Source of the DNA: Candidatus Woykebacteria bacterium
GTDB lineage: Bacteria; Patescibacteriota; Microgenomatia; Woykebacterales; RBG-16-39-9b
Length of the DNA: 64,000 nucleotides
Reading direction: 5' to 3'
Assembly: GCA_040876345.1 (NCBI GenBank)
Contig: JBBDPM010000004.1
Coordinates: 14,980 to 78,979 of the forward strand
The notes under the pieces are model-generated. The model saw only the letters and a program-made list of their open reading frames with translations. It did not search any database and was not told where the DNA came from. Shown here piece after piece: positions 9,353 through 18,605 of this stretch (its first letter is position 1; every line of letters begins with the position of its first letter). A program made the position numbers and the translations under genes.

Positions 9353-11004
9353 TACTCTTCCTCCTCTTCCTTATGGTAAACTTCCATTAACTGACTCAGC
9401 CAGGCTAAAAGCGGTTCAAAAGAAAGTGCGGTTGGGTCACCATATGCTTTTTGTTCAGACAAAAAAGCTGGTTGGAGGGTATCGTAAGGTTGTTTTAGCC
9501 TCACATCCACAACTGTTTTGTTATCAATAACAAATTCCTCGATAAATGCATTGATAAACATTCTCTTAGTTGTGGGATCTGCGATTTTGTAGAGATCGTA
9601 ACAATTATTAAGTATACTTAGTGTTTTATCTAAAGCCCGAAGTCTCATCTTCTCGTCCTCTGTGGTTGATTGTCTATGTTGATTTAGAACAGCCGTTTGT
9701 CGATCGTACTCAACAATCTTTACTTCATAAATATCTTCCGGTATTCTCTTTTCCAAATGTTCCTCGACTAACCTTAACCGCTTTTCCAAAAGAGCCTTAT
9801 ACGCTTTATCAGCTGTTTCTTTTGTTAACCCGGACTGTTCTTTTACCTCCTGCTCAATTTGCTTAACCCGTATTGAAACTAAATTGTACATTGCCTTAGG
9901 AAGTTGAAGTCTCTTGAATATATTCTCAACCTTATCCTCGAGAATTGATGCTGACACCATTGGTTGGTCACAAAGCTCTCGACCGTTTCTAATTGAGCCA
10001 ATACATCTGTGATAGAGCCACTGACCTCTTTGTAAATCTCTTGTTAAACCACTTCCACACCTGAAACATTTTAACTTACTTGCCGTTAAGACAACATCTG
10101 CCGTATTAGTAGTTCTGGTCTTGGGTTTCTGTCTAAGTTTAAGAACCTCCTGAATTCTGTGCCAGGTTGGATCATTCCACATTGGTGGGTGCTCTCCTTT
10201 TGACTCCACAACCTCGTTCGTTTTTCGATCTTTAAATGTAACAAGCCCTGCGTAGAACTTACTTGAAAGTATTCTCCTCAAACCCTCAGTTCTAATAGGC
10301 CGCCCGTTGTGAGTTAGGTATCCTGAGTTGTTAAGCTCCTTGCATATTTGGTGAAGGGTAAACTGATCAGTAGAATAAAGTTTGCCTGCGTATTTAAGTG
10401 CATCAAATCTTTGTGGATCAATCTCAATCCAACTCTTTCTTCTCCCGTCCTCTAGCAGAATTCGTTTATTCAAGTATCCTTGCGGTGCAACAAACATCCA
10501 CTTGCCATCCTTTGTTCTCTGTTTCATACCTTTTACTACTTCTTGAGCTAGATTTCTTATATACCATTCATTAATCAAACTCATTTGTCTTCGAGCAAAC
10601 CAACCAGCAGGATTTGTGGGGTCAATGGGTTCTGAAGCACTAACAATAGACACCCCAATTTTATTCAAGTCTTTTTCATACTTCTGAAATTCAAAATCGT
10701 TTCTGAAAGCTCGATCGAACTTGTGAATGATTATATATTTGAAGAATCCTTGTTTAGCGTCATTAAGCAATTGGTTAAACTCTTCTCGGTTCTCAGCCAG
10801 CTTCCCACTTTCTAAATCGACATACTCTCTGTAGATTGGCAATTTTGGTGGTAGGATAAGGTTTTGGCCAAACTGAATGGCCTTGTAACAATTGTCGAGC
10901 TGAGCTGGTATCGAGACTTCTTTCTTTTGTCTTTCTTCATCACTCATTCGACAATAAATAGCTACTTTCTCTTCTGGTTCAATCTTTTTCATTATCACTT
11001 CCAT
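9352..11004 (-). CDS. Large serine recombinase (integrase)
   Basis: YCRMS catalytic Ser, FDRAFRN, recombinase domain APQGY, Zn ribbon CFRCG..C..C, coiled coil; alternative start 10992. Confidence 0.92.
   Translation of the reverse strand: MEVIMKKIEPEEKVAIYCRMSDEERQKKEVSIPAQLDNCYKAIQFGQNLILPPKLPIYREYVDLESGKLAENREEFNQLLNDAKQGFFKYIIIHKFDRAFRNDFEFQKYEKDLNKIGVSIVSASEPIDPTNPAGWFARRQMSLINEWYIRNLAQEVVKGMKQRTKDGKWMFVAPQGYLNKRILLEDGRRKSWIEIDPQRFDALKYAGKLYSTDQFTLHQICKELNNSGYLTHNGRPIRTEGLRRILSSKFYAGLVTFKDRKTNEVVESKGEHPPMWNDPTWHRIQEVLKLRQKPKTRTTNTADVVLTASKLKCFRCGSGLTRDLQRGQWLYHRCIGSIRNGRELCDQPMVSASILEDKVENIFKRLQLPKAMYNLVSIRVKQIEQEVKEQSGLTKETADKAYKALLEKRLRLVEEHLEKRIPEDIYEVKIVEYDRQTAVLNQHRQSTTEDEKMRLRALDKTLSILNNCYDLYKIADPTTKRMFINAFIEEFVIDNKTVVDVRLKQPYDTLQPAFLSEQKAYGDPTALSFEPLLAWLSQLMEVYHKEEEEE
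9431..9442 (+). other. att-like junction (GTTGGGTCACCA, tRNA-3'-end-like) inside recombinase 3' end
   Basis: Shares GGTCACCA with 17382-17389 and 18570-18577; encodes GDP in the recombinase. Confidence 0.55.
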
Positions 11005-11181
11005 TTTGTTCTGATAAATTTACAGTGTCAACCATACCTGCTTGTTCAGACAAATAGGTTCGGTCCTTATCAAATGCTTGCCAAACTGCCATAGAAAGCT
11101 CTTCAACTCTAAGTTGCCAGATCTTTAAGCATCCTCATTCTGTTCCCCAGTCTCTTTCCTAATAAGTTCAAGGTCTAGCAT
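10979..11181 (-). pseudogene. Small ORF between rep-like gene and recombinase, interrupted by a 1-nt deletion
   Basis: 203 nt; MLDLELIRKETGEQNEDA then shifted frame LKIWQLRVEELSMAVWQAF...; overlaps both neighbours. Confidence 0.35.
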
Positions 11182-11536
11182 CTTGCCCTTCCTTAAACTT
11201 CGTTTGATAGCCCCATCTTTTTAGAATGCCTTGAAAGTAGATGGCTCTCTTTCGAACAAGACGTCCTTCGGTGGCGGCAAGTTTAGTAAAGCTCAAAGCC
11301 TCGTATAGTTTCTGGGGGTCGTAGTTATTAGCAAGTAGTCGGTAATAACCAAGGCTTCTCTCGTCACTGAGACCTTGAGCGAGAACCTTCGCCACACTTT
11401 CCTCTTCTAAGCCAAAGGAGCTAACCAAGTGGTTGACTTGGTCTGTTACAGTAATACTGTTAACTGTATTTGAATTCCTCTTAAGACTGTTAACAGTTTC
11501 TTCTTTTCCCTTCAAGGTTTCTTTAAGACTTTCCAT
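11168..11536 (-). CDS. Hypothetical protein, resembles C-terminal helical domain of replication-initiator-like proteins
   Basis: ORF with LSDERSLGYY...AIYFQGIL; family assignment is tentative. Confidence 0.55.
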   Translation of the reverse strand: MESLKETLKGKEETVNSLKRNSNTVNSITVTDQVNHLVSSFGLEEESVAKVLAQGLSDERSLGYYRLLANNYDPQKLYEALSFTKLAATEGRLVRKRAIYFQGILKRWGYQTKFKEGQDARP

Positions 11537-11760
11537 AAACTAAAATCTGCCGGCTCAGAGAGTAACCAGCAGATTACGGCCTCCCTGAAATTGCCAACTA
11601 AAAAGCAGCCCTTGGTTCATCGTTAATCTTTAATCATTTGACGAACTTTCGGCTGCTACCTTGAGCAACTGTGGAGACTGGAAAGTCCTACCACCTTATT
11701 TATTTGTTAATCATATTATAACACAAGCAACAAGATTGTGCTGGAATCTCTTTAATTAAA

Positions 11761-11880
11761 CATTGGCCTAGCAGCAAATAAGACGTGAAAGCGTCGGAGT
11801 CGTAATGCGGCACATCCCGTTGACTCTGACGCTGCTAGGCCGATGACGAGGGGTGTGTCGCACTATTTTGCGGCACATTC
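11761..11880 (+). ncRNA. Structured leader/antisense-type RNA element
   Basis: 15-bp helix 11761-75/11831-45, GAAA hairpin, second hairpin 11851-11880; G-U pairs favour + strand. Confidence 0.5.
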
Positions 11881-11902
11881 ACAACCAAAGGAGGTCTAGC
11901 AA

Positions 11903-12127
11903 ATGGGTTACTGGGAAATAATAGGTATATTGTTCTTGATTTCCGTTCTTCTAGCGGGGATCTTGGAAAAGAATTGGAAACCGCTACTTGGTTTGATTGG
12001 AGCAATCATATTTCTAGTCTTATTCTTTCTCTTTGTGGACTGGCTTTCACCTAAACCTGGTGAAACCACACCCGAATCCGATCCAAGTTGTATCGAAATG
12101 CAAGGGCAAACAAGGTTGGGCTGCTAA
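11903..12127 (+). CDS. Small two-TM membrane protein
   Basis: AAGGAGG at 11888-94; two hydrophobic helices. Confidence 0.65.
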   Translation: MGYWEIIGILFLISVLLAGILEKNWKPLLGLIGAIIFLVLFFLFVDWLSPKPGETTPESDPSCIEMQGQTRLGC

Positions 12128-12414
12128 CCAATTTCCTAGCAAATCTTAACAAGTAGGTACTTACTCAACATTTCTCAACAAAATCGATTCTGTGAGCAAA
12201 TAGGCACGCTCAGAAACTTAGAATAGATGTTTAGGGCGATTTCCCCAAATACTGCGCGACTAGGTGAGGCATTTAGATAAAGTAAATTATTTTCCAAAAA
12301 GGGTGGTGCGGTAGGGCACTAGCATTTTGAGGCTGAAGTTTCTCTAAACTCCTAAATACTATTTAGTTATTTTAAGTTTGCCGACAACGAGAATAATTGT
12401 TAGAATAGACTACT

Positions 12415-13386
12415 ATGAGTCAGAATAAGGCAGCACTTACTAACAAACCAAAGAAGCACCACTATGTTTCTCAGTTCTATCTGAGGGGCTTTCTGGATTC
12501 AAATAGTCAATTAAACATCTTTGATAGGTACAACAAAGTCTTTTTGAAACGTACTCCTGGTGGTATTGCTTATAACGAGAACTACTACACTGTCGACACC
12601 AAACAGGAGAAGGGCAGCACTATTCTTGAAGAGACACTCGGGCTAGTTGAAACAAAAGCAAAGCCAGTAATTGACAAGCTAACTCAGCACGGAGCTGTGT
12701 TAACCAAAGAGGAACGTGAGAATCTTGGCCTTTTCCTAGCTCTTCAACAACAAAGGGTGCCTGATAGTGAAAAAGCTAAGCGGGAAATGGCGGAAAAGAC
12801 TTATAAAGCCGTGGCTCAGAAGTTTGCTCATCTTTTGGCGACAAATAATGAGGCCTTTGAAACCACCAAGAAAAAGGTGCCTAAAGTTAAGGGCTCGCCA
12901 GAATTAACGCAAGAAGATTGGCTTGGGCTTGCTACAGGTGAGAAGTTTAAATTGGAAATTGAGGTACCGCACAGTTTTGTAGTTAAGCAGATGTTTGACT
13001 TGGCGCTTGAAGTCGCTCCGCTTATTTGTCAAATGAATTGGAAAGTTCTTTACGCATCGAAGAGTAGGGCTTTCACTACATCAGACAACCCATTCATCTT
13101 AAGTGGTAGTCCTTGGGCTCCAGGTAGAGGTGTGGGGCTTATTACGCCGAGGTCAAGAAAGTTCTTCCCTTTAACAAAGGGCGCTTGTTTGTTTATGGGC
13201 GATCAGCCAACAGCAACACTGGAGTTTGCTAGTGCTACTTCAGATGGGGTTCGTCAAATTAACAGGTTGACTGCACTTAACAGTGATAGATATATAATCT
13301 CTCATAATCAAGATCTGCTGAAGAGAATAGTAAAGATAACGAAAGTCGATACCTTCATAAAAGAGGAACGAGTTCAAGTAGGATAG
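12415..13386 (+). CDS. DUF4238 family protein
   Basis: KKHHYVSQFYLRGF and FTTSDNP motifs. Confidence 0.85.
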   Translation: MSQNKAALTNKPKKHHYVSQFYLRGFLDSNSQLNIFDRYNKVFLKRTPGGIAYNENYYTVDTKQEKGSTILEETLGLVETKAKPVIDKLTQHGAVLTKEERENLGLFLALQQQRVPDSEKAKREMAEKTYKAVAQKFAHLLATNNEAFETTKKKVPKVKGSPELTQEDWLGLATGEKFKLEIEVPHSFVVKQMFDLALEVAPLICQMNWKVLYASKSRAFTTSDNPFILSGSPWAPGRGVGLITPRSRKFFPLTKGACLFMGDQPTATLEFASATSDGVRQINRLTALNSDRYIISHNQDLLKRIVKITKVDTFIKEERVQVG

Positions 13387-13388
13387 AT

Positions 13389-13976
13389 TTACTCACAAGC
13401 TGTGCCGTCACCATCCCTATCAAGGTCGTAAATATCATAACCTATTACCTGAACCGGGCCTGAGACATAAGCAGGGCCATTTCCAGATCCCCCAGCGCAA
13501 TCAACATCGCTAGCAATTGGAACACAACCAGAATAGTTGGGGTCACAATTTGATTTCTGAGCTAATGGGGCAACATAAGTGCCGTTCGCCACAATCTTTT
13601 TCACAGGTTCAGTAACAATCTTTTCAGAAATCTTTTTGCGCGAAACCTCAACACCACCCTCATAAGTAACCTCGTACTTGATCTCCTTTGTACCATCTCT
13701 TCCTTCCTGAGTTATCCTCGTCTTACCTTTTTCCAGCGTAGTGTCGATAGCTTCCTCAGTTTCAAAGGAAACGTTCTCGGTTTCGGTAATAGTCTTAACT
13801 TCGTTTGTTGGCTTTGATTCTTGAATGGTACTCTCTACTTTGGGAGCTGGTTTCGGTTCAGATGAGGGTGAAACAGCCGCAGCAAACACAGTGCCGCTTA
13901 CTAACGCGGCACCAATAAAGGCAGCCTTACCGGCGAGCGAGAGAGCGGAGAACTGAGATTTAAGTTTGTTCAGCAT
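13389..13976 (-). CDS. Secreted G5-domain protein with C-terminal Excalibur-like Ca-binding motif
   Basis: QEGRDG...EPVKKIVANGT (G5); CDPNYSGC...DLDRDGDGTACE. Confidence 0.8.
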   Translation of the reverse strand: MLNKLKSQFSALSLAGKAAFIGAALVSGTVFAAAVSPSSEPKPAPKVESTIQESKPTNEVKTITETENVSFETEEAIDTTLEKGKTRITQEGRDGTKEIKYEVTYEGGVEVSRKKISEKIVTEPVKKIVANGTYVAPLAQKSNCDPNYSGCVPIASDVDCAGGSGNGPAYVSGPVQVIGYDIYDLDRDGDGTACE

Positions 13977-14048
13977 ATTTCACGGCGATTGTACCATATT
14001 TGCTTGATAAAGTAATAAATTGCCTTTTGGGTCTATAATGAACCGGCA

Positions 14049-14444
14049 ATGCAAGAAGAAACTGAAAGCTCAAGTTCTGGGTCTAACCTCTGTGGTGGTC
14101 TATTTTGGGCCGTCGTTATTATAGGTGGTTTGATCTGGTTTGGAAACAAAGTATACAGAAATAACATCGAAAGCGAGAAGAAGCCTTTTTGGAGTGGGAC
14201 TGAAACTGTGCAAGTTTGCAAAGCTCCGTATTACTCCAGCAGCGACTGCTACAAACTACCCGTAACTTTGATTGACGAGGAAAGGGCACAAATTAGATTC
14301 AACAATGGAGGGTATGTTGTTGTCGGCGGCCTAAATTGTTGGAACGCGGCAAAGTTGGATGAGACTCCTCGTTATGTCTTTTGCAGAAGTGAGGATAATG
14401 AGGGAAACCGTTGGGATTTCCTACCGAACTGGGTAAATTATTAA
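14049..14444 (+). CDS. Hypothetical membrane-anchored protein
   Basis: One TM and Cys-containing outer domain; TATAAT 9 nt before ATG. Confidence 0.65.
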   Translation: MQEETESSSSGSNLCGGLFWAVVIIGGLIWFGNKVYRNNIESEKKPFWSGTETVQVCKAPYYSSSDCYKLPVTLIDEERAQIRFNNGGYVVVGGLNCWNAAKLDETPRYVFCRSEDNEGNRWDFLPNWVNY

Positions 14445-14480
14445 AATGGTAACTACTAAACAGGCACTTCAACGCGTGCT

Positions 14481-15587
14481 TTACCCCACCTTATCGTAAG
14501 GATCATATTCGACTTCTTCCGTTTCTGCGAAATTAAAGTCCCCAGAATCATCGTCCTTAATACCTAAGTAACCAGCAAAGCCTGTGTCGAGGTTTATTCC
14601 TTTGACAAGAGTAGGAATCTTTTTGAGTATTTCTTGAGAGTACTTCTCAGCATTGCCATTACCTACCACGTGCAGAATGGTTTCTTCCTTGCAAGATTTC
14701 AGCATTTCTTTGATAATTTCATCTCTTGCTTTGTACCCTATTAGATAAACCTCGTCCGCCTTACTAAACAATTCTTTGCCTGCCGCAATAATCTTTTCGT
14801 AGAACCCAGTCACGAACTTGTACTCTTTAATTGTCAACGGGAGAAATATAAGTGGGTAGAAATGTTGGTTGCCAAATCTACTACTAACAAGAGGGTGTAG
14901 TTGGTTTAGGTCGGGGTGATTTACTTCTACAACCTTTGTGTCTGTAACCTGTAAGGGTGGGGCACTAAAAATTAGACTGCTCGCAAGATCATAACGAACT
15001 CTCATATCAAAGCGACCCTCTTCAGATATACCCCGATCGTCCTTTCTCTTTGGTATCAACCAATTAACTGAGCCGTGAGGTTTGAGATAGACGATATTTA
15101 AGTCATTATTAAGGCAATCATCCAATGTCCAAAATTCTGCGCCAAACACCTCACTCAGGGCTTTATCTAGTAATATATCGTAATTGAAGTTTACCAAGCC
15201 AAACTCCTCCTCACTCTTAGCCAGCTTGTTTGCAAACACCTTATAGAGGTTTGTTTCGTCATAAGTGTCGGATACCGCTCTAAGTAGGTTCCATACATAT
15301 AAAGCTATTCTTCCAAAGAGTCTCATCTCTGACTCCTTTTGCCAAGGCTTCTTTAACTTCTGTACGTTAAGCCAACGTTCGGTTAAATAATCTTCCAAAC
15401 TCTCGTAGCCGGAGACATCTTTTGCCAAGGACTCCAAGTCTTTTGTAGATAAACCTACTTCCTTGGCGCGATCAGCGTATTGCGAGTTAAATAAATCGTT
15501 TGTTACTGGAGATTCGGTCACTACAGTATGAACTTGCGATCCTTTTGAAGCTCCAGCGCCGAAAATGTACACTTTCATAGCTGCCAT
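14481..15587 (-). CDS. SIR2-like domain protein (putative defence NADase)
   Basis: FGAGAS, NFNYDILL, LKPHGSVNW, LIGY motifs. Confidence 0.8.
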   Translation of the reverse strand: MAAMKVYIFGAGASKGSQVHTVVTESPVTNDLFNSQYADRAKEVGLSTKDLESLAKDVSGYESLEDYLTERWLNVQKLKKPWQKESEMRLFGRIALYVWNLLRAVSDTYDETNLYKVFANKLAKSEEEFGLVNFNYDILLDKALSEVFGAEFWTLDDCLNNDLNIVYLKPHGSVNWLIPKRKDDRGISEEGRFDMRVRYDLASSLIFSAPPLQVTDTKVVEVNHPDLNQLHPLVSSRFGNQHFYPLIFLPLTIKEYKFVTGFYEKIIAAGKELFSKADEVYLIGYKARDEIIKEMLKSCKEETILHVVGNGNAEKYSQEILKKIPTLVKGINLDTGFAGYLGIKDDDSGDFNFAETEEVEYDPYDKVG

Positions 15588-15650
15588 TCTAGCATTTTTG
15601 GCCTAAATTATACTAGTTTTCCAATTAATCTAACCTTATAATCACCATAT

Positions 15651-16514
15651 ATGCCGTTTTACTTGTATGCCTGGATTGCGACTATTTCCTTTGGTTTTGT
15701 AGTAGTTATAGTTAAGTTTGCCAGTAAGTATTCCATTTCAAACCCATGGCTGTTTAATTTTCTTACTCAACTCATACTAACGCTCCTACTGATACCCACT
15801 GCGATTTACTATCGTTCGTTTTTGCCAAGTGAATGGCTGTTCCTGGGCATATCTTCTGTTTTTAACGCTATCTGGGTACTCATGTACGTTTTTAGCCTAT
15901 ACAAACTAGATGTATCTGTATTCACACCTCTTTACAACTTTAGGGTCATATTTGCTGTCCTTTTTGGCTTCTTTCTGTTGGGAGAGACGCTTGCACTTTA
16001 CCAATTAGCTTTGTTTTGTGTGATTATAATCGGAGGGCTTTTTGTAAGTATTGATGAGAAATTAAGCCTAAAATCATTCTTTAATAAATCAATCGGTTTA
16101 GCTATAGTTGCTATGTTGTTTTTGGTCCTAAGTAATATCTACGCTAAGAAAACCTTGGCTGTAAATGATGTTTGGGAGGTAGCGCTTTGGACAAATGTAA
16201 TCACCACGTTATTTCTGATTCCGACAATCCCGAAATTTCGTAAAGATATAGGAAAACTTGGGAAGAAACAAATCCCTCCCTTAGTTCTAATGGGTTTAGC
16301 TTCAGTAATAGGCACAATTTTCGTCAATCTGGCTTATCAGATAAATGTAGGTGTTACAGCGATAATTCTTGCTATACCAACATCTATGATTTTGGCTGTA
16401 GGCATTTCTATCTTTATACCAGGCTTTCTAGAGAAACATACTAACAAAGTCTACGCAATTCGTTTTACTGCAGCGGCTGCTATGATTGTTGCTGCTTTAC
16501 TGATATCATTGTGA
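15651..16514 (+). CDS. EamA/DMT family transporter
   Basis: About 10 TMs, FFLLGETL motif. Confidence 0.8.
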   Translation: MPFYLYAWIATISFGFVVVIVKFASKYSISNPWLFNFLTQLILTLLLIPTAIYYRSFLPSEWLFLGISSVFNAIWVLMYVFSLYKLDVSVFTPLYNFRVIFAVLFGFFLLGETLALYQLALFCVIIIGGLFVSIDEKLSLKSFFNKSIGLAIVAMLFLVLSNIYAKKTLAVNDVWEVALWTNVITTLFLIPTIPKFRKDIGKLGKKQIPPLVLMGLASVIGTIFVNLAYQINVGVTAIILAIPTSMILAVGISIFIPGFLEKHTNKVYAIRFTAAAAMIVAALLISL

Positions 16515-16562
16515 CCCTGGATTATTCTCTCTAATCAGTGCTATAGGATTTTTGTGTCGAGA

Positions 16563-16795
16563 TTCTGAGACACCCCTTTTTATAGGGTCTCATTTGTCTC
16601 ATTTAGCCTCCTGATGAGACAAGACCCTTGCGACTATAATCGTCCTCGATTTAGTCCACGAGGTGGTCGCAAAGCGCGAAGCGATCTACATCTCGCCGCT
16701 TGAAACTCTGCGAGTTATAATCGCAGATTACATCAGCTCTTGTAACACAAGAGTGTTATAGCGACTGAACTGACCGAGACCCCAATGCTTCACCA
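16563..16795. repeat. Junction element copy 1 (ends in TCACCA), with ~150-nt hairpin-rich internal segment
   Basis: 16760-16795 matches 22408-22443 at 35/36; 16563-16610 is homologous to 22311-22349 plus 22395-22405. Confidence 0.85.
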
Positions 16796-16875
16796 TTGTT
16801 GTTTCCTTGGTGACAAATGGCCCAATTAGCTCGAAGGATAAGTAAGTTCAAGAAAGGCAGGAGGGCAGGTAAGAA

Positions 16876-17274
16876 CTACGGTTTGCGAGAATCAGAGGTT
16901 GCACTACCAAAAGCTCTACCATCAGCTTTGGCAGCCTCTGGTTGAGAATCTGCAACACTATTAGCAAAGTCTGCATTGGAGTTTACCTCACTAACAGATT
17001 GTCCAAAAGTTTGACCATCTAACTTTGGTTCCTCAGGGGTTCTTTCCGAAACCCCAAGGTTTGCATTATCTTCTGCAGTTGTATTGTTGATAACAACATT
17101 TGAAGGCTCAGCTCCTGTTGGGTGGTTTTCCTTTACGTATTCGGAAACAGCAGAACCGGAAATTTTTGCTTCATCAGAAGGATTAGTATCTTTTGAAGCT
17201 GGAACAGACCCACTAACTGCAGCAGAAATACTAACTACAATGGCAAGAACGGCAGCAACAAAGGCTTCTATCAT
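16876..17274 (-). CDS. Hypothetical secreted low-complexity protein
   Basis: AGGAGGTG SD; signal-like N-terminus; internal DGxxFG repeats. Confidence 0.65.
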   Translation of the reverse strand: MIEAFVAAVLAIVVSISAAVSGSVPASKDTNPSDEAKISGSAVSEYVKENHPTGAEPSNVVINNTTAEDNANLGVSERTPEEPKLDGQTFGQSVSEVNSNADFANSVADSQPEAAKADGRAFGSATSDSRKP

Positions 17275-17437
17275 AAAATTAGTCACCTCCTAACCAATAG
17301 TGTTATTACTTGTATTGTACAGATAAATTACACATTTATAATTAGGAGCACCTTTCGAAAAGTGGGCTAAAGAACCTTCGTGGTCACCAATTAGCCTCTT
17401 TTGACTAGCCTTCTATGCAAACTGTATAATTAAATTA

Positions 17438-18439
17438 ATGCTCAATCAAAATGTTCCTAATCCACTCGCCAAAAATCCTAATCTCTATACCCACAAAGTC
17501 TTTGCTGCAATTGGAATAATTCTAATAGTAATAATAATTATCTGTGGTGGGATTTGGTATTTTGCCCAAAGTGCTGAAGACAAATCTCCAACAGTAATTA
17601 AAACTTCAAATTGGAAAAGTTATTCTTCTGAAAGAGAAGGAATAAGTTATACTGTTAAGTACCCGTTAAACTTTAAAATTTACCCAAATTTAAAAACAGA
17701 CCAAAACCCGTCCGTAGACTATATCAGTAACCAGTCTTCTCTGATGGAAAATTCGAAGCCAGGCGATATATCAATATCAATTAGTGTAGAAACTTCTGAT
17801 ACTGTTAATGATTCCTACTCTGATTCAAAATTAGGAAATGTTGAGGCTAAAAGAAAAGAAAGCATAGGCAGTTCAGTACATGGCCCAGACTCTTCAATTA
17901 TTGATTATGAAGTGCCTTTCATAAACGGCAAGGATACCCTCATGGTTTCTTGCTATTTTATGCCAGCGGGGGATAAAAAAGGTAGAGACGCTTGCGAAAA
18001 GATAATTGGAACTTTTAATATTATCGTAGATAAAACTTTAAAATGGGATAGCTATACAAATGACAAATTCAAATATTTTTTTAAATACCCGTCAGACCTC
18101 GTGGTTATTAACGCATACGAGGATGTTTTAGGTGTGCCAACTGACGATAAGGGGTATAAAACTACAAGCAAAATTTATATTCAGAATGCAGCAGGTAGAA
18201 TATTCACGTTATCTGTTTTCAAAAACAATCAAAGCCTCCCAGATTTGGAAAACAAAACAAAGACGGATAAAGCAAATTCTAATATTAGCAAACTTCAAAT
18301 TTCGGGAGTTGAAGCAATAGACTTTAAAAGAGATGGAACTAAGTTTATGGAGGTGGTAAACCGTGGCCAACAATTTGAATTTGCGGTTGCTGATGAAACA
18401 AGAATAGACGAAGTGCTTCAAACATTTAAATTCCTATAA
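17438..18439 (+). CDS. Membrane-anchored protein with two PsbP-like repeats
   Basis: TM then WKSY..YTVKYP and WDSYTN..YFFKYP repeats ending TFN/TFKF. Confidence 0.7.
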   Translation: MLNQNVPNPLAKNPNLYTHKVFAAIGIILIVIIIICGGIWYFAQSAEDKSPTVIKTSNWKSYSSEREGISYTVKYPLNFKIYPNLKTDQNPSVDYISNQSSLMENSKPGDISISISVETSDTVNDSYSDSKLGNVEAKRKESIGSSVHGPDSSIIDYEVPFINGKDTLMVSCYFMPAGDKKGRDACEKIIGTFNIIVDKTLKWDSYTNDKFKYFFKYPSDLVVINAYEDVLGVPTDDKGYKTTSKIYIQNAAGRIFTLSVFKNNQSLPDLENKTKTDKANSNISKLQISGVEAIDFKRDGTKFMEVVNRGQQFEFAVADETRIDEVLQTFKFL

Positions 18440-18605
18440 ATTGCTCAGATTCTAATCAACTTAGGTAGTTATGCCCCAACTTGTTGTTAGCCTCGAAAGA
18501 CTGTAGTATATTTAAGTTGCCCCATTGTGTCAGAACCTGGTTCAATGTGTTTAATTGCAGGGTTGCTAGGGTCACCATTAGTCTCTAGCACAAAATTCAA
18601 GAAAA

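Larger units (their letters stand above)
3321..9430. mobile_element. Conjugation (mating-pair formation) module of an ICE-like element; element likely extends left beyond the window
   Basis: Pilin, VirB6-like, PrgI, VirB4-like, M23, XRE and PLD genes in series, bounded on the right by the att-like junction at 9437. Confidence 0.7.

Noticed and set aside
15642-15650. TCACCATAT matching the recombinase junction
   Set aside because: Lies between a -10 box and ATG with no longer shared arm; compatible with chance
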